A DNA stretch of 64,000 nt from Gemmatales bacterium (GTDB lineage: Bacteria; Planctomycetota; Planctomycetia; Gemmatales; HRBIN36): the NCBI GenBank assembly GCA_041640595.1, contig JBEPZY010000002.1, forward strand, positions 146,984 through 210,983. The letters are read 5' to 3'. Under the pieces are notes generated by a model. It ran no database searches. It had not been told where the DNA came from and was given only the letters and a program-made list of their open reading frames with translations. A program made the position numbers and the translations under genes. Below, piece by piece: positions 20,680 through 31,700 of the stretch (position 1 is the stretch's first letter; each line of letters starts with the position of its first letter).

Positions 20680-21187
20680 GACCGCCGACAAATCAGATGG
20701 GAACACCGGCTCCAGCACCGGGCAGGCGAGGCGGAGAGTGCGAGCGGTTGGGCTGATGCTGTGCGTTTACGCGGCCTGGCTGGTGGCGCTGATGCTTCTG
20801 GCGTGGAATTCGCCCAGAGACGTCGTATCGCGGGGACAACTGGCCTGGGCGACTGTGCTGGTGCGCGGACGGGTATTGCCCGACGGGGAAGGCGGCTGGC
20901 AGGTGCATGTGCTGGAAATTCTCCAGGGACCTGGTGATGGCACTCTGCCGATCGCACCCGGCCAGCGTATCCACGTCCCGCAACTGGAGCAGGTTGCCGG
21001 ATGGGAAGGGGTCGGCGAGTATGTTCTGCCGCTCCGAGCACAGGCTTCCGGATGGCAGATTGCCGAGGTGCCCAACTCCCTGGGACTGATTTCCCGCATG
21101 GAACCGCGGCGACGCATTTATCCGGCCAGCGCGTCGGTATTGCGGCAGATTCAGGCAAGCCAGCACGTTCGTGGTGAAACGCGGTGA
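20615..21187 (+). CDS. Hypothetical membrane-anchored protein (start uncertain, possibly GTG near 20738)
   Basis: TM segment GLMLCVYAAWLVALMLLAW followed by a beta-rich domain; co-oriented with upstream genes. Confidence 0.55.
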   Translation: MTWNKHCRTMKSSSTNSDRPAETADKSDGNTGSSTGQARRRVRAVGLMLCVYAAWLVALMLLAWNSPRDVVSRGQLAWATVLVRGRVLPDGEGGWQVHVLEILQGPGDGTLPIAPGQRIHVPQLEQVAGWEGVGEYVLPLRAQASGWQIAEVPNSLGLISRMEPRRRIYPASASVLRQIQASQHVRGETR

Positions 21188-21214
21188 TGGCGGTTGGCGT
21201 GTCGTTGATGCCCG

Positions 21215-22243
21215 TCACAGCCGGAGCAGCAGGACGACGGCACCGTTATGCAGAAAATGCAGCAGCATCGGCAACAACAGGCCACCGCTGGCCACCCGCA
21301 TATAGCCCAGCACCACGCCCACCAGAATCAGATACGGTATGGCCAGGGCTTGCCCCAGATGGGCTGCTCCGAACATCACCCCGGACAGAAACACCGACAG
21401 ATGCAGGGCCAGGTTACGACCACCGCCTCGTAAAGCATCGTACATGGCGCCCAGAGCCAGGTAACGGAAGAACAATTCCTCGAAAATAGCCGGCGGCACG
21501 GTCAGCAAAAAGCAGTATAGCGGCACCTGTGCCAGTGCCCGCTGAAGTCGCTGCATGATTTCGAGCGTTTCTTTCGAAACCAGTTGCTGCATCAGCATGG
21601 TGTAGCCGATGTTGAGCAGCAAGAGTGCTGGCAGCACCAGAACCGGGCCGAGTACCCAGACCGTGAGCCGATGGCCAGGCGATGGGTTCGGTAACCGGCG
21701 AATTTTCCCAGCAGCCACCCACGTAGCCAGCACCAGTAACGCCATCACGACCGAAGCAACAACCGTGTACTGCAATTCCAGGTCTCGGAACCTGTCCAGG
21801 TTTTGCGGATTCGGTAACCCGTTGGGCATGAAAAGACCGAGTTTCTCCGCTTTCAGGTAAACCATCACCGCACCAGCAATCAGGGAGCCGAGGATAACGG
21901 CATAGCCCACGAGCACGGCGAGCAAAGCCCGCAACGACCAGCGGCGCCGTCGCGGCAAGGCAACGGAAACCCCCTGAAACGTCGAGTCTAACGGTGCGGC
22001 ACACCACGGGCACTGCACGACCTGCTGCGCTACGGGCTTACCGCAACGCCAGCAGACACCGGTCAACCCTTCAAACACCGCTGGCTCCACCGAGGGAATC
22101 AAAACTGGTTCCACCTGCGGAATGTGCTTGTTTTCCACCGGCAACACTTCGGGAATTTCCTGCGCTGACGGCGGGTCGAACGGTGGTGGGGGCCACGGAT
22201 ACGGCGGCGGATAGCGTTGTTCGTCCGGCCAGGAACCAGTCAT
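21215..22243 (-). CDS. CPBP/Abi-family intramembrane glutamic endopeptidase with N-terminal zinc ribbon
   Basis: FEELFFR, FGAAH and HFLHN motifs, multiple TM helices, and CWRCG...CPWC. Confidence 0.9.
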   Translation of the reverse strand: MTGSWPDEQRYPPPYPWPPPPFDPPSAQEIPEVLPVENKHIPQVEPVLIPSVEPAVFEGLTGVCWRCGKPVAQQVVQCPWCAAPLDSTFQGVSVALPRRRRWSLRALLAVLVGYAVILGSLIAGAVMVYLKAEKLGLFMPNGLPNPQNLDRFRDLELQYTVVASVVMALLVLATWVAAGKIRRLPNPSPGHRLTVWVLGPVLVLPALLLLNIGYTMLMQQLVSKETLEIMQRLQRALAQVPLYCFLLTVPPAIFEELFFRYLALGAMYDALRGGGRNLALHLSVFLSGVMFGAAHLGQALAIPYLILVGVVLGYMRVASGGLLLPMLLHFLHNGAVVLLLRL

Positions 22244-22431
22244 CGCAACATCCTCGCAGCAGTTTTGTTCTCAGTTGCTTTCTGCCATTATAGCGACGAC
22301 CTGCAGGAAGCAACCACGCCCTGTTTTACCGCACCGGGTGGACACACCGCCAGCCCCGAACTTCCGCTGGCGTTGACTGATCGCACTCCGCATCGCCCGG
22401 ACATCCTCGGGCGGGCAGAAGCAGACCGGAC

Positions 22432-22590
22432 GAAACAACTGACCGCCCCGACGGATCGCGTTTTCGGCGACCGGACCGGCGTGCGTGGGGAACAAGTGAA
22501 CGGCGGAAACAACCGACCGCCCCGACGGACCGTGTTTTCGCTGACCAGACCGGCTCGCGCTGAGAACAAGCGAGCGGCGGAAACAACATC
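22432..22590. repeat. Degenerate tandem repeat, period 74 nt, about 2.2 copies
   Basis: GAAACAACYGACCGCCCCGACGGAYCGYGTTTTCG at 22432 and 22506; GAAACAAC again at 22580. Confidence 0.85.
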
Positions 22591-22947
22591 GCCTGGGCAA
22601 CTTGCATTTTCATTGAGAGAAGCGTGCGTTGGCTGAGCAGCGATGAGGGCCGGGGGAACGAAGATGTTGCGTCGCCATTTCTGCTACCTGCCCGGTCAGG
22701 CACACGGCAAGGCTGGATATGGCGTTACAAACCGCCCGGTCCGGAACGCTTTGGGGCGCGTCCCCAAAACTGGAAATTGGTCAGCGCGAGCGAGTATTCC
22801 CGTGTCCTGACGGCTGGCTATAACATTTTCTTCCACAGCATGGTTGCAAGCTAAAATGGGAAAGTGAACGGTCGCGACGGTGTCTGTCAAGCCGCACTGT
22901 CCCGCGTCGTCCAAGCGCTGACACCTGGCTAACGGAGGAATGCAACG

Positions 22948-24768
22948 GTGCGATTGGTGGTGCAAAAATTCGGTGGTACCAGTGTTGCCACGGCCGAGCG
23001 CATCATGGCGGCAGCGCGGCGAGCGATTCGCGCCCGCCAACAGGGAAATCAGGTGATTGTCGTGGTCAGTGCCCGCGGCGATACCACCGACGAACTCATT
23101 GCCCTGGCCCGCGAAATCACCGAAAATCCCCCCAGTCGGGAACTGGATATGCTGTTATCCACCGGCGAACAAATCTCCATCGCCTTGATGGCTATGGCAA
23201 TCCAGGCCCTGGGCTACCCAGCCATCAGTTTTACCGGAGCGCAGATCGGCATCGTAACCGACAGTTTTCACACCAAGGCACGCATCAAGAACATTTCCAC
23301 GCAGCGAATTTTGCAGGCACTGGCCGATGGGCAGATTGTCATCGTGGCCGGGTTCCAGGGCGTGGACGAGCATTACAACATCACCACCCTGGGTCGCGGT
23401 GGGTCGGACACGACTGCCGTGGCGCTGGCGGCAGTGATGAAACACGACCCTTCCAGTCCGTTCCAGGAGGTGGATTGCGAAATTTATACCGACGTAGATG
23501 GCGTGTACACCACCGATCCGCGCATTGTGCCGGAAGCCCAGAAACTCCCCGCCATCAGTTACGACGAAATGCTGGAGCTGGCGAGTCTCGGGGCGGGTGT
23601 GATGCATTCGCGGAGCATCGAATTTGCCAAAAAATTCAACGTTCCGGTCATGGTGCGCAGCTCGTTCAGCGATGCGATCGGCACCTGGATCGTTCCCGAG
23701 ACCGAATGGATGCGGCAGGTGCCGGTCTGTGGTGCTGCCCTGGCCAAAGAGGAAGCGCGGATCAGCTTGATTGGTGTGCCCGACCGACCGGGAGTCAGCC
23801 ATCGCATCTTTTCAGCGATTGCCGAGCACAACATCGCCGTGGACATGATCGGACAGAATCTCGGCGAGGCTGGCCGGGCCGAGATCGGTTTCACCGTTTT
23901 ACGCAACGAGCTACCGGCCACGCTGACCGCACTGAGGCAACTGGCCAGCGAACTGGGCGCAGAAGTGCGCTGCGAAGACAATGTCAGTAAAGTCTCCGTT
24001 GTCGGGGCGGGCATGCGCACCCATACCGGTGTGGCGGAACGCTTCTTCCGCGCCCTTGCCGAAGCCGACGTCCTGGTCAAATCGGTCACCACGGGCGACA
24101 TCAAGATTTCCGCACTGGTGGATAAGCCCGATGGGCCGCGGGCACTGCGAGCGTTGCATCAGGCGTTTGCCCTCGATCAGCCGCGACTCGATTATTCCGC
24201 ACCTTCGCCCGACACCAGCGCGGGGCAATTGCCCGACCTTCGGGAACTCCTGGCCAGCGATCTGCCCGTGACCGGGCGTTTGGAAGCTATGGAGGATATC
24301 GTGGTCAGCGACCTCAGCCTGGATGAGACGCAAGGGCGGGTTACGGTGCGGAATGTTCCGGCCCAGACGCGAGTTCTCTCCGATTTGTTCTCGGCGATTG
24401 CTCAGGCCGGCATCAACGTGGATTTGATCGTCCACAGCACCAAAAATGGCACCCAGCTGGCGGAATTATCGTTCAGCGTGCCGCGCGCTGACGTGCCCCG
24501 TGCCGCCGAGATAGCCCGCAGCCTGGCCAAACAGCGCTGGCCCGATGCTCAGGTACTGGCTGAGCCGAACATCGCTGTCGTCAGTGTCACCGGAGTGGGC
24601 GTGCGAACCCATACGGGCGTGGCTCGACGCATGTTCGGCGCTCTGGCTCAGCAGGGCATCAACATCGCCATGATCAGCACCAGCGAAATTCGCGTGGAAG
24701 TGGTAGTGGATGCCGAGCGTGGCCAGGAAGCTCTGGCCGCTCTCCGCCACGCCTTCCGCCCGGTGTAA
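22948..24768 (+). CDS. lysC: Aspartate kinase (long form, four ACT domains)
   Basis: VQKFGGTSV, TTLGRGGSDTTAVA and YTDVDGVYTTDPR. Duplicated ACT pairs each contain G(M/V)RTHTGVA.R.F.AL. Confidence 0.97.
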   Translation: MRLVVQKFGGTSVATAERIMAAARRAIRARQQGNQVIVVVSARGDTTDELIALAREITENPPSRELDMLLSTGEQISIALMAMAIQALGYPAISFTGAQIGIVTDSFHTKARIKNISTQRILQALADGQIVIVAGFQGVDEHYNITTLGRGGSDTTAVALAAVMKHDPSSPFQEVDCEIYTDVDGVYTTDPRIVPEAQKLPAISYDEMLELASLGAGVMHSRSIEFAKKFNVPVMVRSSFSDAIGTWIVPETEWMRQVPVCGAALAKEEARISLIGVPDRPGVSHRIFSAIAEHNIAVDMIGQNLGEAGRAEIGFTVLRNELPATLTALRQLASELGAEVRCEDNVSKVSVVGAGMRTHTGVAERFFRALAEADVLVKSVTTGDIKISALVDKPDGPRALRALHQAFALDQPRLDYSAPSPDTSAGQLPDLRELLASDLPVTGRLEAMEDIVVSDLSLDETQGRVTVRNVPAQTRVLSDLFSAIAQAGINVDLIVHSTKNGTQLAELSFSVPRADVPRAAEIARSLAKQRWPDAQVLAEPNIAVVSVTGVGVRTHTGVARRMFGALAQQGINIAMISTSEIRVEVVVDAERGQEALAALRHAFRPV

Positions 24769-25405
24769 CCGCTCAACCATACCGGCGCTCGGAACGCTGA
24801 CTACTCGGGGCTTGTCGACCATGTCGGCTGCGTAACTTCTCAAGCATACTGCCACGCCGAACCGTACCGACGGGAGCTTCCCTCACCGGCTGCACCGATT
24901 GGCAAACTCTCCATCCCGCCTTCCGCCCGGCGTAACCGCTAGCCCATACCGCCACGCGGAAGTGATCAGTTGCTGTTGCAGCCTTTATTACGATAGCCTA
25001 ACCGCCCAAGTGCACTGCCACGCGGAACCGTACTGACGGCGGCTTGCTTCACCGGCTGCACCGATTGGCAAACTCTCCATCCCGCCTTCCGCCCGGCATA
25101 ACCGCTCAACCATACCGCCACGCGGAACCGTACTGACGGGAGCTTCCTTCACCGGCTGCACCGATTGGCAAACTCTCCGCCACACCTTCCGCCCGGCGTA
25201 ACCGCTAGCCCATACTGCCACGCCGAACCGTACCGACGGGAGCTTCCCTCACCGGCTGCACCGATTGGCAAACTCTCCGCCACACCTTCCGCCCGGCGTA
25301 ACCGCTCAACCATACCGCCGCGCGGAACCGTACTGACGGCGGCTTGCTTCACCGGCTGCACCGATTGGCAAACTCTCCGCCACACCTTCCGCCCGGCGTA
25401 ACCGC
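24739..25405. repeat. 100-nt tandem repeat starting within the lysC 3' end
   Basis: CCGATTGGCAAACTCTCC at 24895, 25061, 25161, 25261, 25361. The unit includes CCTTCCGCCCGGYGTAACCGCT, matching the lysC stop region. Confidence 0.95.
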
Positions 25406-25833
25406 TGAAGCTGCCGTTACACGCATTGCATCGCTGTTCGGCCCACCACCCGTGCCAGCACATTGCACCAGCATTGCGACAGAGCCCTCAAAGGCTGAAC
25501 CTGTGTCGAACGCGGCTGACCACCCGTGCCACTACACTACCCCAACCCCGCAACGCCCGCCGGTACGCCGCAATAAGCTCCTACAGTCGTACCGGCGGTT
25601 ACGCCAACGCGGAAGAATTCTGGCTGGCAGCAGGCGCAACCGAAGCAGAACAAGAACAGGGTCCAGGCATTTCTCGCCCTCAACGCGCACCGGCGAGGAC
25701 ACGAGAGCAACGCGGTACACTTCTGCTGCCGCTTTGCCCGGTTACCTGGTTGGGCTCGAAGATGGAAACGTCCGGGACTTATCAGAACCGATACCTGACA
25801 GAGGTGCAGCGCTGGGCACGGTGAAGGGTTCGG

Positions 25834-26850
25834 CTACTTTGCAAAAAGTTTTCGCAGCTCTTCCGGGGTGAAGTTCAAGTTGCATGTCGGCCCGGTGTCG
25901 CGGAGGATTTTCTCGGCAATCAGGCGATTGGTAGGAGCGAGCACGCTGAAATGGTCTGCCCCGGGTACCGGCAGGAACCGCACATTCGGATTGGTGCACG
26001 ACCTGGCCATGTTCTGCAAGCTTTGAATGTTGGAGTTGACGGTTCCCTCGAAGACGAACGTGGGGGATTTGATCGCATGCAGCCATCGCCCGGGAGAGCG
26101 CAGTTCGATTTCCCGAGGGTTCGACAGATCGAAGGGGAGAAATTCGCGTCCATAGCCGCGAACATCGTCCGCGGGGCCGAACGAGAAAACAGCCCGGAAA
26201 CGATCCGAGCATTCCGCCACCAGCAGAGCGAGAGTGCCCCCCGTGCTGTGACCGCCGAGGTAAATGCGATTGGGGTCCACGTAGGGCTGTTGGGCGAGAA
26301 AATCCGCTGCCGCCAGAACATCGTCCACTTCGCCCAAAAAGCCTTCTTTGAATCCTGGATTAGTATTGCCTCCGCGCAGGGAAGGAAACATCATCACGAT
26401 CCCGGCCTGGCGGTAGGCGCTGGCAGTTTGATCGTTATTGGCCGGTGCTGGACTCCAAACATCGCCGATGGTGTTGCAGTCGCCCCCAGTTATCCAGATG
26501 ATAGCCGGACGTTTCCTGCCGTCTTTGGGATCGGGAGTAAGGTAGGCCGCCAGCTTGCCCACAGGTGCCGGATACCAAACAACCTGAAAAATATTCGGAG
26601 GTGGTGGCGGAACAGGTTCGTCGGCAGTCTCACGTCGCACCAGCCTGGTCCGAAAGCCCTTTCGCGCCTCCGCCAGCGAACCGGCAGCACTTCCCGGCTG
26701 AGCGACACTCGCTTTAGGGAACACCGGTTTGCTCACCGAGGGCAGCGGGTTGCTCGGGGGCCGCGGAGTTGCTGCTGGCGACCGTCTTGCCTCACGCTGG
26801 CAACCACTCACGACCACCACAGCTAACAGCAGACAAATGAGTTGCCTCAT
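25834..26850 (-). CDS. Lipoprotein alpha/beta hydrolase (prolyl oligopeptidase/S9-like)
   Basis: Lipobox VVSGC, nucleophile motif GHSTGG, and GADHFSVL. Confidence 0.88.
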   Translation of the reverse strand: MRQLICLLLAVVVVSGCQREARRSPAATPRPPSNPLPSVSKPVFPKASVAQPGSAAGSLAEARKGFRTRLVRRETADEPVPPPPPNIFQVVWYPAPVGKLAAYLTPDPKDGRKRPAIIWITGGDCNTIGDVWSPAPANNDQTASAYRQAGIVMMFPSLRGGNTNPGFKEGFLGEVDDVLAAADFLAQQPYVDPNRIYLGGHSTGGTLALLVAECSDRFRAVFSFGPADDVRGYGREFLPFDLSNPREIELRSPGRWLHAIKSPTFVFEGTVNSNIQSLQNMARSCTNPNVRFLPVPGADHFSVLAPTNRLIAEKILRDTGPTCNLNFTPEELRKLFAK

Positions 26851-27013
26851 GGAAAAGCCTCCTCTTTCAACCTTCCCAGCCGGGCAAGCACACCAACCCG
26901 CCGGCATGGCGATTTTTCAGTGTACCGCCCGCATTGATTCGGATAGGGAAAAATCGTCCTCTGTCCACTGCCCCGTTGTTACGGCAGCCTGCACCTGGGG
27001 GAAACTTGCGGCC

Positions 27014-27198
27014 ACGATTCCCGCTTCTCGTTCGCTGGTGATGATTCGTTTAAGCCGAGCCTGCTCGGAAGGTCTGAGGTACCGTGGACGATTCCCGCTT
27101 CTCGTTCGCTGGTGATGATTCGTTTAAGCCGAGCCTGCTCGGAAGGTCTGAGGTACCGTGGACGATTCCCGCTTCTCGTTCGCTGGTGATGATTCGTT
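27014..27198. repeat. Perfect 74-nt tandem repeat, 2.5 copies
   Basis: ACGATTCCCGCTTCTCGTTCGCTGGTGATGATTCGTT at 27014, 27088, 27162, with identical 37-nt intervening segments. Confidence 0.97.
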
Positions 27199-27336
27199 GC
27201 TTATCCGTGGCCGGCCGCGATTTGCCCAATGTGATTGGCCAGCTGTGATTCGCAGCCTGTCATTCGCAACTTGTCAATCGTCGCTAGCTGTTCACCTGCT
27301 GTGATTGGCCGCATGTCATTCGCTGCTCGTCCTTCA

Positions 27337-27502
27337 CCTGTCGCACACCATCCATAACACACAGCCCTATAGTCAGCCGCCGCCAAACGTTGCACAACCG
27401 GTCCCCGTCGTACACCATCCGCAACATACAGCACTTCATCGCCGACCTCATAAAGGCGGGGCCGGGCCGCCCCCGTCGTACACCATCCGCAACACACAGC
27501 AC
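27337..27502. repeat. Three interspaced direct repeats (period 67-68 nt)
   Basis: GTCGYACACCATCC..AACAYACAGC at 27340, 27407, 27475 with dissimilar spacers. Confidence 0.85.
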
Positions 27503-27509
27503 CCAGGCC

Positions 27510-28120
27510 TGCCGCCCGCCGCTCTTGTGCATGTGCGTTTCTGCATCGCGGATGGCGCTTTATGCCGCGAACACACGCCGTGCAACCAGGAGCAGCTGGC
27601 GTAACCCAGCCGTGGTTCCCGAAACGCGCTTGCAGCGGCAACACCGCAATTGTCGCACACGGGCGATCGGCCGGTGGTCTGTGCACGAACACCTTTGGAA
27701 TTCCGTTACCACACCCACGGGGGGCTGACGTCCGCCGCTCTTGGGAACGTGCGTTTCTGCATCGCGAAAATCGTTTTTTCGCCGGCAAACGTTCGCTCTG
27801 CAACAAGAGCGGGGGGCGTAAGCCCCCCGTGGTTCGGGAGCCGATTGTGCAGTGGCAAACGTAACCACTCCACGAAGATCACTCGCCGTTGCAGATGCGT
27901 TTTTCGATACCACGGCGGGCTGACGCCCGCCGCTCTTGGTTCTGTGTCGCATAGCCGCTGCACAGTGCGTGGTTTCCGCGGCACAGCGCTGGGTTCACCG
28001 TACCACGGCGGGCTGACGCCCGCCGCTCTTGATTCGGCGGTCGTCCTTCACCAGACATCGGTCGGTGTGCGCTGCAGGCGCGGCCCATCGCCGACCACGG
28101 CGGGCTGATGAAGGCCGGTC
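27510..28120. repeat. REP-like cluster 5 (about 7 copies)
   Basis: Half copy near 27514; copies near 27590, 27715, 27807, 27910, 28003, 28095. Confidence 0.9.
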
Positions 28121-28269
28121 TGGACTCGGCAGTCGTTCTTCGTCAAAGGGGAGTTGCGGTCAGAGGAACGGTTGCGTCGGTGTACGCGGGCACGGTTTGC
28201 GACGAGTTGCGAGCAAGTTACAGGTGGTTGGAAAAAGTTGTGCGTCGGTGGACGCTCACGGCTGGCGGG

Positions 28270-28675
28270 GCGGCGATGGTAATTTTCGACCAGGCATGTT
28301 GTCGTGGTTGCGCTGGTCAGGGAGGCGACCACGGGGCCTTCAACGGCGATTGTAATTTTCCACGGGGGCACGTTGTCGTCACAGTGGGATGCTGGAAGGC
28401 AATCAGCGGCCTCCCAGAAGCGGCGGTCATTTTTGGGCGGGGCATGTTGGCGTGGTACTGGTGGTTCGGGAGCGCGAACCATCTGTCAGCACGATGTCAC
28501 CAAAACCGCGCATGTTGCCGTGGTAGTGGTGGTTCGGGGGCACGCCAGAGGCTTCCCAGCGGCGATGGTCATTTTCCTCGGGAGCATGTTCTCGTCGCCG
28601 TGGGGATCCGGAAGACAATGAGCGGCCTACCAGAAGCGGCGGTCATTTTCGGCGGGGGCGTGTTGCCGGGGTGGG
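28270..28675. repeat. Degenerate six-unit array, period 71-74 nt
   Basis: Motif GCG..GGTMATTTTY.....GCRYGTT anchored at 28280, 28353, 28427, (about 28498), 28569, 28643. Units 2-3 are re-duplicated as units 5-6. Confidence 0.75.
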
Positions 28676-28708
28676 CGTAGAATTTGGCGAGCAATGGCAG
28701 GGGCGATT

Positions 28709-31700
28709 ATGGCACGGTACTGCATCGGGATTGATCTGGGAACGACGAACACAGCCCTGGCGTATGTGGACGTTCGGCGTGGCCAGGACGGGAAAATTGT
28801 GAGTTTTGCTATCCCGCAACTGGTAGCGCCGGGGGAAGTGGGTCGGCGGATGTTGCTGCCGTCGTTTCTGTACCTGGCGGGAGAACACGATCTGCCAGCG
28901 GGAGCCTCGGCGTTACCGTGGGATGCCCAGCGCCGCTATGTGGTTGGCGAACTGGCCCGTGAACAGGGAGCACGTGTTCCCGGACGGCTGGTCAGTTCGG
29001 CCAAATCGTGGCTATGTCATGCCGGGGTGGATCGGCAGGCGGCGATCTTGCCGTGGAACAGTCCGGCTGACGTGCCGAGAGTTTCTCCCGTGCAGGCGTC
29101 TGCTCGGTATCTGCAACACCTGGTGGAGGCCTGGAACTGGAGTTTTGCTCAGAGCGATGCGGAAGCGCGGCTGGAAAAGCAGACCATTGTGCTGACCATT
29201 CCTGCCTCGTTTGACGAAATGGCCCGGCAATTGACGCTGGAAGCGGCGCGACTGGCCGGACTGGAACACGTCACGCTTCTGGAAGAACCGCAAGCAGCGT
29301 TTTATGCGTGGATGGCGGCAGGGCGGTGCGAAATTGTCGGCGAAACGCAACCGGTGCCCGTTCGCTCTGCCGAGGAGGCGTTGCGGCCGGGCATGCGGTG
29401 TGTGGTGATTGACGTGGGCGGTGGAACCACCGACTTCACCCTGATCGAAGCGGTGGAACAGCAGGGGGAGTTGGCCCTGGTACGCCAGGCCGTCGGCGAG
29501 CATCTGCTGCTGGGCGGCGATAACATGGATCTGGCGCTGGCTCGCTATGTCGAACAAAAGCTGGGCGTGAGTGGCAAACTGGATGCGGTTACGTTTTTCC
29601 AGTTAGCGCAGGCCTGTCGGCGGGCAAAAGAGCAGTTGCTCGGCGACAATCCGCCCGCGAGTGTGCCGGTTACCGTGATCGGACGTGGGCGTGCTGTGGT
29701 CGGCAGCACGCTGAGCACGACGTTGACCAGCGACGAAATTGCCGAGGTGCTGCTGGAGGGATTCTTTCCGTTAGACCCGTTTGATGCGGAGCCGCAAACA
29801 GCCACGCGGTTGGGTCTGCACGAAATGGGACTGCCGTATGTCAGCGATCCGGCCATTCCGCACCATCTGGCGGCGTTTCTGCGAACCTTTGCCGGCGAGC
29901 GGCCACCGGAGGCGATTCTGTTCAACGGCGGGGTCTTTCAATCGGCGCGGTTGCGGCAACGGTTGCTGACCGTGATGCAGCGCTGGTATGCCGGACACCA
30001 CTGGCAACCGCGGGTGCTCACCAATCCTTCGCTCGACCTGGCAGTCGCCTGGGGAGCGGCTTATTATGGCTGGTTGCGTCAAACCGGAGGCAAACGGATT
30101 CGCAGCGGGTTGGCGCGGTCGTATTACCTGGGCATAGCGGCGGGTGCGGCAAACTCCGCCAGCGAATCGGCTGGTGCATCCGACGGCGAAACGCTCACCG
30201 TGCTGTGCGTGGCTCCGCGGCAGCTCGACGAAGGAGCCGAAATCCGACTCGAACAACCGGAAATGTTGCTGGCGTTGGGCGAGCCGGTGCAATTCCCGCT
30301 GTTTGCATCGGCAGTACGACCCCAGGACCAGCCCGGGCAAATTCTCCGCTTCAAATCGGGCCAGCTCCAGGCGTTGCCGGCACTTTCCACCGTGCTTAAA
30401 GGAGGCAAACGTTCCGCGAAACGCGAAATTCCGGTGACGGTGACGGCACGGTTGACGGAGATCGGCACGCTGGAACTCGGCCTGGCCTCCCGGCTGGGCG
30501 AACAACGATGGAAACTGGAATTTCCGGTGCGGCAAACCGGCCAAGCAATGACGACCCCTGCCGCTTCAGCTACCACATCCCAGCAGGAGGAAACGTCCGT
30601 TCCGGCCAACCCGATCGCGGAGACCTGGTCGGAGGAAATCGTCCAGGCCGCCGGGCAAGCCATTCGCCAGGCCTTCGCCAGTGCGGAGCCCGAAAGTGTC
30701 CGGCAACTCCCGAAACGCCTGGAAGAACTCTTGCAGATGCCCCGCGAAGATTGGCCGATTACACTGTGCCGACAACTCTGGCCGTTCCTGGCCGAGTCGG
30801 TTTCCCAGCGCTGGCGATCTCCGATGCATGTGGCTCGCTGGTATCACCTGGCCGGATTTTGTTTGCGTCCCGGATTTGGAGAAGTGCTGGATAGCCATCG
30901 CGTCGAACAGCTGTGGAAATTGCTGAGCGTGCCAGGCAAGGGAGGCGGTCCGGCCACGCTTCGCAGCAACGATGGTGGGCCGGAATACTGGATTTTGTGG
31001 CGGCGTGTGGCAGGCGGTCTGGCCGCCAATCTGCAACAGGCAATTTTCGACCGGTTGCGACCGTTTCTGTTACCGCAAAAAGGCAAGTCCCCGCCTTATC
31101 GTCCGAACTCCCACGAACTGGCGGAAATGTGGCGGGCGGTGGCAAGCCTGGAGCGGTTACCGGTGGCCAGCAAACAAGCCCTCGGCGAAACTCTGCTGCG
31201 CCAGCTTTCTCGCCGACCCTGGCCGACATACCTGTTCTGGTCGCTGACTCGTCTTGGTAGCCGACAACCCTTCTACGGCCCGTGGAATACGGTAATTCCG
31301 GCCGAGACGGTGACCGATTGGCTTCGCCGGTTACTGGAACTGCAGGCGGCGATCAGCGAGGCCAGCCCGTCTGCTCCTTCGCTGGCTAAAGAGGCTGCGG
31401 AAGTTGCCCAGTCTGCGGCAAAAAAAAGCCCCTCCGGCCTGGCCACGCACGAAGTGCGCGACTGGCTGTTTTGCCTGACCGAACTGGCCCGACGTACCGG
31501 TATCCGCAGCCTCGACATCGAGGAATCGCTGCGGCAGGAAGTGCTCCAGTTACTGGAACGGCTGGGGGCACCGGAGGACTGGCGGCAAGCGGTACGGGAA
31601 GGCGGACCGCGGGCACAAGCCGAAGCCGGACGGCTTTTTGGCGAAAGTCTGCCGCTCGGTTTACGCCTGGCCGAACCGGGCCCGGCTCCTTCTGCCGAGC

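Noticed and set aside
22600..22947. Lysine riboswitch upstream of lysC
   Set aside because: No recognisable L-box core motifs or terminator seen; an Rfam search would settle it.
22948..24768. Four-ACT aspartokinase as a novelty
   Set aside because: This long form is already known, for example in cyanobacteria.
27014..27198. CRISPR array call (37-nt repeat x3)
   Set aside because: Both spacers are identical, and there is no leader or cas gene; treated as a tandem repeat.
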